Shown: positions 55,401 to 64,000 of the stretch, piece after piece
Layout of the letters: every line of letters starts with the position of its first letter
Position numbering within the stretch: the first letter of the stretch is position 1
Origin: Toensbergia leucococca
Taxonomy: Eukaryota
Direction: 5' to 3'
DNA: 64,000 nt
Assembly (NCBI GenBank): GCA_022813965.1
Contig: JALDZS010000018.1
Coordinates: 1-64,000 of the forward strand
Position numbers and translations under genes: made by a program
Notes under the pieces: generated by a model
The model's input: the letters and a program-made list of their open reading frames with translations, nothing else
Told to the model about the DNA's origin: nothing
Databases searched by the model: none

Positions 55401-56806
55401 AAATCAAGGCGTTTCCTCTGCCATTACGAACAATTTTCTTTACTGCCCCGTCATGTCCAGTCCATAGAGACTTTTGTTGTAGACGATTCTCGCAAGGAGA
55501 TGGGTCAAATAAGTCATCGAGTCCCCCCTCAAGCCATGCTATACTGCCATCAAAGCGATGCACCAGCAGGGTAAAGATTGACCCGGGCGCCTCGCTACAG
55601 AAATTGAGAAATTGCACATTATCCTCGTGATTCTCAACATCTGGCAGGAATGGAAATTTAAAATTCTCGACGTGAGCAACATTGAATATATCTGTAGTAT
55701 TTCGAGTTTTGCATCCGACATTTTCCAGACCCCAAGCAGACATATTACCATAGCCGTCAAGCAACACACAGATCTCCGGGTTCCTCTCTGCTACTTCAAC
55801 CAAGTGCTCCAGAGCGTGATGTTCCTCCTTATCTTGTTGAGAATTCGCTTCAATTGCTCGTCCTGCAGCTTGCTTGAAATCCTGACTATGAACAAAGAAA
55901 GCATAACGACTCGTTGACTGACTAGCTGCTTCGATTTGTCGGGGCTGAATGGATATCTGCATATCTATTTCGGCCCAGAATTGAAGAACCTGCAGTCCGT
56001 GAGGGTCGGTAGCGGCCCATATTCTGATCTTGCGATCAGCGCATATGGTGTACAGCACGTTGACAGTGGTATGCTCACGGTGATGAGGCTTGCTCCAGTG
56101 AAGATCCGTTACCGTTGTCGGGTGAGGGAGATAAGTGAAGTCGAAGCGAGTATCGTCTGACCCAAAGGACAGCCTTCTCCATATCTTCACCAGACGATCG
56201 TAGAGACCCGCGGACGCGATGAGGCTAGCATCATATGAAAATTCGGCTACCTTGACAGGTTTGGAGACTTTACGGGTCCAAATCACATTTCCTGCTTCAG
56301 TGGTCTCGAAGAGCTTCAGCGAAGACGAGCCCAAAAGCAGCTCCCCCGACGATCCCCATGATAGTGTGAAGATGACATTGGAAGACTCGTCTCTATCGGC
56401 AGGAATGAAAAACTGGAGAGACCACTGGGCAGACTATCAGAGCTTTCACGAAGGTTCATGTCGGTATTGTAGCTACCTTCAACAAGCCCTCGGCCTTCCC
56501 ATAAGGTCGATAGATGTAGAGTGCTCCCCTCGAACAAACGGCTATCTTGCCAGTAGCGTCATACAGAGCCACTGCATCGAGAGTAGGGCAATCGTCATGA
56601 TATATGGTTTGGAGAAGATTGTGAGGCCCACCAAGGATGATCAAGGCGTTGCCGGAGATATATGCCTGTTAAAACAGTGGAGGTTAGCAACGGTAGCTCG
56701 TTTTAAGTATTTACTCCTGCCTCACCACAAGACGCTGTTCCTCCCATAGTGCAGTGCAGACAGCTTGTAGCTTCGCCTGGGGCTTGCCAGGAATTACTAC
56801 TCGCAT
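52461..56806 (-). CDS. RAV1: RAVE complex subunit Rav1 (WD40, rabconnectin-3-like)
   Basis: N-terminal PGKPQ, FDFTYLPHP, GPLPVFHPQ, SMDENAMRY, AALKNAYALLGKRRF, YAAAFFLLAG, QLAITIARVYE, LYDRMGCDLLAL. Confidence 0.92.
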
Positions 56807-57100
56807 GGAAACGACGTTCGGGTTCAGTTGGACTGTTATTGAAGCATTGCTTGATTGGTTTCCTCCTCATGATAGAGTCTTGGTCATGAAGATGGTTACA
56901 ATAAGGAGTGAATGGTCATAGGAAACACAAGTATGAATGTCTTTTCGGCACGTGTAATGATCATCAATATTGTCTTGCCTGCTACCTATGAGCCTATCTT
57001 ACCTTATTTAGCACCTTAGCTAGGTGGCTAGGTACTCGTACAGAACACAACTACATTAGCATGTGTGTGTCTTTGCCAATCTTAATACATGTAAGCTAGA

Positions 57101-57118
57101 TATATATATATATATATA
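57101..57118. repeat. (TA)9 microsatellite in the RAV1/SLC35 divergent intergenic region
   Basis: Direct inspection. Confidence 0.9.
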
Positions 57119-57521
57119 ATTTTCTTCTCTCTAGAACTCCAAGAAGTTGTTCACCTTGATTGATGTGTTCATCACTCTCTGTTTCTATTCTCCTTCATAA
57201 GTACTACTCTAGACACATTCCTCGATTTCTAAGACGCGTGTCACGTCAAAAGTCGCAAGAATTCCAACCGCACAACATATCCCTAACGACATCCTTCGCG
57301 TTGGCTTCTACCTGCAAAAAAAGAGACACGATGCCTCTGCTTCATTTATCAATTAAACTTTACCACATGCCCAAGGGAATAGAGCCCACACAACGTGGCT
57401 TCAATTTGAAACATTACATATACACCCAATCGTTCCCAACTTCAATCCCCTTGCGTCCATTAAATCTAGCTTATATTCTCCGCTCTATATTTCTCAGTCA
57501 TTCCGTTACTACTCTCCCATT

Positions 57522-58721
57522 ATGAAGCTCCCAATCATCCCCGAAACCATGTCTTCGGACGACGAGCTCACTCCCAATGCCGAAAAATTAGGAAAAGTCG
57601 GTTTACTTGGACATTTCCCTGTCCCAGCCGAAGAAACTCTGTTCAGCCACAATGAGCCACGAGGAGAAAAAAGCCTGCTTGAAAATAGCAAGCAAACAGC
57701 TCGCTTGTCGCTCCAAGAACAGGCCTTGAACGCATTCTGCATCGGCCTGAATATCTGCTCGACCGTTGGAGTCGTTTTTCTGAATAAAATGTGCGTCCCA
57801 AGCAACCCCGAACTAATTTTACCCAAGTCCATCCCATTAAGACCTTCCCCAGGATCTTTCGAGACCCCCAGCTCCGGAACATGCAAATCACCTTCGCCAT
57901 GTGGCACTTCGCCTGCACATCCCTAGTCCTCTGGATCGCCTCCCAGAAGCCCTTCCACCTGTTCGAGCCCATCCGCCTTCCCTTCCTAAAAATGATTCCT
58001 CTCTGCAGCTTCTTCGCCGGCTTTCTCATCCTCGGAAACCTAAGCCTAGCCTTCAACTCGGTCGAGTTCTACCAGCTAACAAAAGTCATGACGACCCCCT
58101 GCCTCGTCCTCCTGAACTTCCTCCTCTTCCGCAAGACCATCGAGCCTGTTGTCGGCGTAGCTCTCGTGACGGTATGTCTGGGCGTCACTCTCACCAACAC
58201 AGGTTCGCCCGAAAGTACCCTAGTGGGCACTTTCATCGCCGTGCTCTCCTTTGTCGTTGCAGCCCTCTACCAAATCTGGATCGGCAAAAAGATGAAAGAT
58301 TTTGCCGTTTCCAGCCCGCAGCTCCTGATGAACCAAGCGCCCATATCCGTCCTTTTGCTAGCAACCATGGCGCCATTCTTCGACACTTTTACCGACCCGC
58401 GCACCATCCCTACCAGCACTCTCGTAGCCTTGTTCGCCTCGGGCATAGTCGCAAGTATCTTGAACCTGTCCCAGTTCTTGGTCATTGAGCGAATGTCGGC
58501 GTTAACGGTAAGTTACAGAAAAAAACCCCTCTTGTAAATTCCCTTCAAGCATTGACACTGATTGGTTTCTACAGTTCAACGTAGCCGGAAACGTCAAAAC
58601 CGTCATCATCGTCGTCCTATCCTGGATTAGCCAAGGCAGGATCCTGACGGTCAAAGACGGGTTGGGTGTCATGCTTGCCGTGGGCGGTGCAATGTGGTAT
58701 TCGCAACTGTCGCAAAAGTAG
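57522..58721 (+). CDS. triose-phosphate/nucleotide-sugar transporter family protein (SLC35E3-like)
   Basis: STVGVVFLNK, GNLSLAFNSVEFYQLTKVMTTP, QLLMNQAP, SALT-FNVAGNVKT; two introns. Confidence 0.88.
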
Positions 58722-59210
58722 AAATTCATACAACGTCCCATCGAAGGGATGTAGGGGTACGGTATATTTTTATTTGGCAGGTTATCAGGCTATATCTTAT
58801 ATCTCTCTCTCTCTCTCTATATATATATGCCCCTTGTTTGTATCGTTTAGCTCCTTTTTAGGAAAAAGCTGTGTATATATCCTTAAGACATCGATTCATT
58901 CTTTTCCCGGAAATACCAGATCACTGCAGTGTCCGAAAGCCAGAACAATTGGGAGCTCTCTTGACTAAGGTACTCAGTTTGGGCACTGCAGGTAAAATTT
59001 CGCGCCAAGGGTACTCATGATCTCAACATCCATTCGGTCAGGGCTCCCCCACGACGAAAAAGGTAGGACAATTGGATTTGCCATGATAGATAAGTTGAGT
59101 TCAAGTAAATATTTGGAATAGTACCGTCAACGTTTCACTTCCTCACTCTTTTCAAAAAAGTCCATGAAACATCCAAGATATGCTACTCTCCTAACCTCAA
59201 TACTCAACAC

Positions 59211-59285
59211 CCCCCTTCTTCTTTTTCTCCTTCTTCTTCTCCTTCTCCTTCTTCTTCTTCCCCCCCCCCCTTCCCTCCCACTCCC
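59211..59285. repeat. polypyrimidine / imperfect (CTT)n tract with a C run
   Basis: Direct inspection; it generates the spurious poly-Leu and poly-Arg ORFs. Confidence 0.85.
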
Positions 59286-59791
59286 GAAAAGCAGAGCGTC
59301 CATAGAAAAAATAAAGCAAAAAAAAAGGGGAAAACCTGACCTCTGCTTCAAACGCACGATGCAAGTCTGCCCGCTCTCATGGTGGGGATTTTATAGGCGC
59401 ATATTTTGTGTGGTGTTGAATGTGTTTTCTTAGTGAAGTTGGTATGATTTTGAAGGGGTTTGAGGTTGATGAATTGAGATGAATGAATGGATAGATAGAT
59501 GGAATTGGGGATAAGTGATAAAACGCCTCTTCCTTCCACGGGGGTAGAGTACATCCTGCCTAATAAACACAATGGTACACAAGTGATCAACATGATTTGT
59601 ATAGCCGCCTATCAATATCGGAGTGCGTTGCTGGCGAGGCGAAATCTTCTTATTCAGATCCACAAATTGTCATACACACCCTGTCACTAGCGCTATGTCC
59701 TTCTTCATGAAACTCAAATTTTAACACAAGAGTTGAAAGATCACCGTCATTGAATTCATCATATCAGTCGTCGTCACTGTAAAGGGGGTCT

Positions 59792-61870
59792 TCACTGGCC
59801 CGTTGAAAAAGCATATTGTTCCTCAAGGCCCCGACGAGTATTGCGTCGCTCTCTGTCATTCGTGTTTGCCTGCGCCACAAGGTTCATTTCTAAATAAACT
59901 GATTGAATGGCAAGTGCGTCTGCCAATCTCTGGGAGATGCTTAAAGGACCCTGAAGAGGCGAAGAAGATTTGTGTAAAATTGCTGAGAGGTGCTTAAATA
60001 CTTTGAGGTCAACGTCGACACAATCTTTGACGCTGGGGTATGTGTCTAGCCGATCTGCCGTTTGTGCCACTCCCAGCTTTCTATCATCTTCTAGGGTGCT
60101 GCCGTCGTGTATGTAGCAGCTCTGAGAGCAATGTGTACTGCGAAATGAGAGATCAGCGTCTGGGAAGTAGACTGTTGTTGGAAGTTGCAAACCAGAAATG
60201 AGAGGTTTTAGGACTGATATCAGGAAAGGGCCGAAAGCAAGATGGGCAGTGGTCCCAACTCAAGGTCTTAGCAACTGCAGACATCCTCAACTGGGGCCCA
60301 GTCGAAGTGATTTGACTCCAGTTAGCCTCCGTAACGGCAATGCTTGGGTTTCCAACGGTGCTGATTCTGTATTCATTCCTTTCAACCTTGTATTGGGCCG
60401 GTCCTTTCGTATACCTATGACGAATGTGCTCATCAAGGACCTGACAGCGTTAGCTAGAACCAAGATTACTAGAGTATAAAATCAACACGAACTCGGAAAT
60501 GCAGGAAACACGATGTATCCAACCAACACACATCACCCAAGAAGTCTTCGAAACGTATATAATTCCCCGCCAATTTATGATACGGTCTTAAGGCTAGGAA
60601 TTGTATCAAGCCGAGACTATGCTGAATGGCCGGAGAAAATAGCCTTGAATCTATCAGTCATAGGATATTGAACGTAATAAAAGTAAGCTTACAACAAGCG
60701 GTTGTAACATGCTTGTAATATGCCCATGAACTTACTCGGACTACAAAATATTAGTTGACATTCACGAAAAAGGTGACAAGATTCCCAAACCTCATAACTA
60801 GAGTGGTGTTAACACCATCTATAGCGCTAATCAACCTCTGCGTCATACTGTTGCGGCTTTGTCGAAGTCCACGGAGCGTGTCATCTGTAATGGACGTTGG
60901 GGATGTGGCCGAATCTTGTGCGGATTCTCCTATTTCATTGATATACCGTTGAATAAGTTGATATTGGTTGACCTGCTGCGTATCACTTCGACTGATGCTA
61001 CCAGTTTGCTGATTCTTAAGGTCGACAACCAGCGTGCACAGTTCTTGGATTGCAGCTAGAGTCATGTCCTGCTTTAAAGCTGCTTTCGTGTGGGCAGTTG
61101 ATCTTTCAGAACAACCCTGCCGAGCCTCGGTGCTCAAAGCCGACATGTTTGCTGTCAACCCTGCAATATCTAGAGCCTTTTGTTTCCCTTGATCCTGCAA
61201 AATTTGTAGGCCGGTGCCAACGCTCTGTGAGAAGCCACGATAATCGTCCTGTATTCCATGCAAAAGATGTGTACTTGTGCAGCAATATTCTTGTATCACG
61301 CTCAAAGGCTGCTTTACTGAGGTTCGGGTCTTCTGGGCTTCTGAAAGTAGCAAAGGATATTGCTGCTTGATAGTGCCAAGGACTTCTTGGTTCGCTGTCA
61401 CTTCAACAGCAATATCCGACACTTTTGTATTAGTCTCTGAAACTATTAAGAGTTTAACAATCTCTAACTGTCTTGAAAGCTCGATCCTGAATTTGGCTAT
61501 ATCTTCGGCGGCGGAGAAGGCCCACTTGATCTTTCTTAACGTGCCACGATGCTTGCCCTTTAGAGCAGAAACACCGAGTTGTTCACCATAATCGTCTTGT
61601 AGTCTCGTATTGAAGCCGGCGATGGAGTTAATTGAGAGGTCGAGCTGACCTCTTATAGCGTTGCGAAAGCTTGGGTCCGCGTTCTGGAGACCGTGGACTA
61701 TCTCCTGAAGAGTACTTCGCAGACATTTGAACGTTATTGTCGCTTGCTGGAATTCGGACGACGAGCCAGCGTCTAATTTCAGGGCGTGGTGGACTTTACT
61801 AGTGATCTCTATCAGCAGCTTGACATCAGAAATCGACCAGCCAAAACCACCAGCCAAAACCACCAGCCAT
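59792..61870 (-). pseudogene. fungal HeLo-like/STAND-type N-terminal domain + helical linker + fungal ubiquitin-like domain + CxxC..CxxC protein; frameshifted after codon 7 by a 13-bp duplication
   Basis: (M)AGGFGWSISDV...AGSSSEFQQ...KIKWAF is a typical fungal N-terminal helical domain. Later exons encode IRFEDFLG...GPAQYKVERNEYRI...NWSQIT..GPQLRMS and CPSC...CTHC. The ATG at 61870 reads 14 codons to TGA because of the duplication. Confidence 0.65.
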
Positions 61871-63298
61871 AGTTCATAGACACAACAGAGTGCAGCAAGA
61901 AAGATTGATGGCAAGATAGGTAGAGGGTGAGAGGTAAAGATTCTTGCAGCCTCATTGACGGGCGCTGCTTTTGTGACACAGATGAGTGGCCAATCAGAAG
62001 GCTTCAAGAGACGTGCTCTCGCTGCACAAGCCCCTCTACAGGGTAGAAAAAGACAGCTTGCATGACAATTGAAGAAATCAGTATGAGCAGCCTCAGCTAA
62101 ACCTGAACCTTCGGACTGGCAAGGAGTTGAAATGATTTGCCACACTGGTAATCGTGCATTGAAAGACTCAATTAGTATCAAAGTATTGCTAATCGTTGGT
62201 GCCATGATTATCACACACGTCCGTCAGACCTCAGGCCTTACCTTGTTTTGTTCATCTGTTGTTGTAGTTCGTAGAAACTGTGCCACTCGCACTTGTACCA
62301 GTAAGGAGCCCTACCTTTGACCTTTACGCTTGGTAGTCTCTACAGCATCTTGACACTGGTCGATCTCTTTCTCGATATGGTATTGATATCCATCTACGGC
62401 TTCTGTAAGAACAAGACATCATTCTTGAAGAAGTCAAAACCCTTTCAGATTCCTCCATTCCTGTACTCGTTTATGAGAAGAACCTGAAGTGCCTTTCTCC
62501 GTCGCTACAGGACATTTTCATAGCCTCTCTGTTCGCTGTTAGTCGCTTTCGTCGCCGTTACTGGCATTTGTGGAGAGCCTCGCGAAGCGCATTGAAAATG
62601 ATGATGAAGATGCTGCTGACTTTCTCCGCCCGACGAATTCAGACCAGGCCATAGTTGGAACAAATATTTGAAATGATATGGAGTAGAGAGAAACTTAGAG
62701 GCTTACATGGCCTGTGGATGCGAGTGTGGTACTTTATCGTCGATGCATGTTTTATTGAACTTCAGGTTGTTAACTTACTTGCTTAGTTGAAGTTATTTGC
62801 TCTTGCATAAATGTTGAAAGTGTACGAATGACATGTTGTTTTTAGAAAATCTGGGCGTTACTCAACATGCAGAACAGACATAGGATTGAAATTTGATACT
62901 AGGTATTGATATAGCATCCGGTACGGCGAGTAGGTAACAATAACGTTTTTGAGATCGTGGATAATTGTGCCAAGGAATACTCGCTGACTCAATACATTCG
63001 GGCTCCGTTCACTGACGGTCTGTGATGAGCTGAATAGTGTTCTAAGCATACCTTGGCACGGTTAGAAACGATGAACTGAGGAGTGAGCTTTAGTTTGAAA
63101 AATTAGGGGATGATGATGTCCTCATTCCGTCCCAGCAAGCTTGTAGAATCAGCCATTCGTCTGAGTTACTCTATACCTAACGAGGTAGTTTTTACCTCAC
63201 CAGCGCCATCACAGTTACTATCCATCGATCCTTGAGCCTCTGGCCTAGAGTCCTGGGTTGTTTACCTATACTGGACAAACCACAACGCATAGCGCTAA

Positions 63299-63800
63299 TT
63301 AATCTGTCACGTGTACGCCTCCAAATTGCCCTAGGAGTCGTATATGTACCATGAATTTTGCTGCTTTGGCTACCAAGCTAGGCGAGACTAGTAGCTTTTC
63401 TAAATCACCTCCCTTAAGTGTGATGATGAGATGTGCTCGCCGATTCAATATCCACATCTTTGTTTGGTCATGCATTGTGCTCCAATGTGGCCGTATCGTT
63501 GACAATTGAAGAATTGCTTCACCCTGCGAGCCCTGTCGTATTTCTCACAGTTCCATACCTCTAAGGTTAGGACCAGGCGATACTTAATGGCCTTGTTTGC
63601 GTTTTCAGGCTGGGCGAGCTCATTTACTAGTGAGGGGGCCGTCTTGAAGGTTGCCAGCCTATATTGTTCAGGAGAGGCATCATCGTCTGGGTATCCTTTG
63701 GAACCAGAGTCATCTTCTCCAGGACCATGATTTCGGAAGCAATGAGTCGGCCTTGCGCGTATGTAACGGGTGACGCGTTACAAGGGGCGGCCATGAGGCC
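63299..63800 (-). mobile_element. internally deleted, decayed LINE (Tad1-like) relic: ORF1 zinc-knuckle region joined to the ORF2 C-terminal tail
   Basis: The minus strand gives SLVNELAQPENANKAIKYRLV...CEKYDRARRVKQFFNCQRYGHIGAQC..QRCGY*IGEH (gag-like CCHC knuckles), then in another frame DLEKLLVSPSLVAKAAKFMVHIRLLGQF, like fungal LINE ORF2 ends. Boundaries approximate. Confidence 0.7.
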
Positions 63801-64000
63801 TTATCACCCATTGTTAGGTATGAGCAGATACCCAATGATGAGATGATGAGAATGACCTACTCTGATACGGAGTACTCAGGTACTCAATCAAAGGGTTACG
63901 ACGATCGTTTATTTCACAAACTAGATTGGTGTTTAGTGTGGTAAGGTAGCATAAGGTTCTTCTTGAGAACTAGGTTTCAGGCTAGGTGGATTTTTTTGGT

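Noticed and set aside
59127..59433. Poly-Arg and poly-Leu ORFs
   Set aside because: Translations of the CTT/polypyrimidine microsatellite.
60640..60795. Possible 5-nt micro-exon (TCCGA) between two introns in the ubiquitin-like-domain gene
   Set aside because: A single longer intron ending at ...TTCAAG also keeps the frame; cannot be decided without RNA-seq.
62230..62660. Coding-like, stop-riddled stretch on the minus strand
   Set aside because: No family motif recognised; cannot support a pseudogene call.

Overview
Filamentous-ascomycete (Pezizomycotina) nuclear DNA with spliceosomal GT-AG introns; a lichen-forming Lecanoromycetes origin is a guess. Bases 1-~11.9 kb are a nested transposon graveyard. 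A chromodomain-bearing Ty3/Gypsy element (one gag-pol frame broken only by C>T/G>A nonsense changes) is inserted into a heavily RIP-eroded, AT-rich minus-strand Helitron-like (HLE2/Helentron-type) Rep-PIF1 element. That element is nearly invisible in the ORF track and also carries two solo LTRs with perfect 5-bp TSDs. A decayed Ser/Thr-rich surface-protein gene containing a 55-bp inverted repeat follows. From 14.5 to 58.7 kb is a dense block of ordinary genes: carnitine carrier, ABC-F ATPase, Lte1-like RasGEF, beta-lactamase-family hydrolase, M13 peptidase, ankyrin-DIL protein, allantoicase, cytochrome b561, hybrid histidine kinase, HymA/Mo25, Rmt3, OPT transporter, Rav1 and an SLC35 transporter. 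The right end holds a HeLo-like-N/ubiquitin-like-domain gene frameshifted by a 13-bp duplication just after its ATG, and an internally deleted LINE relic. I cannot demonstrate a new biological system. The least explained signals are GC-rich islands with an abrupt C/A-to-G/T strand-skew switch, a recurrent promoter motif TACG(G)AGTA, the 13-bp start-proximal duplication and the long hairpin. Gene boundaries, counts and family calls were made by eye without database searches.
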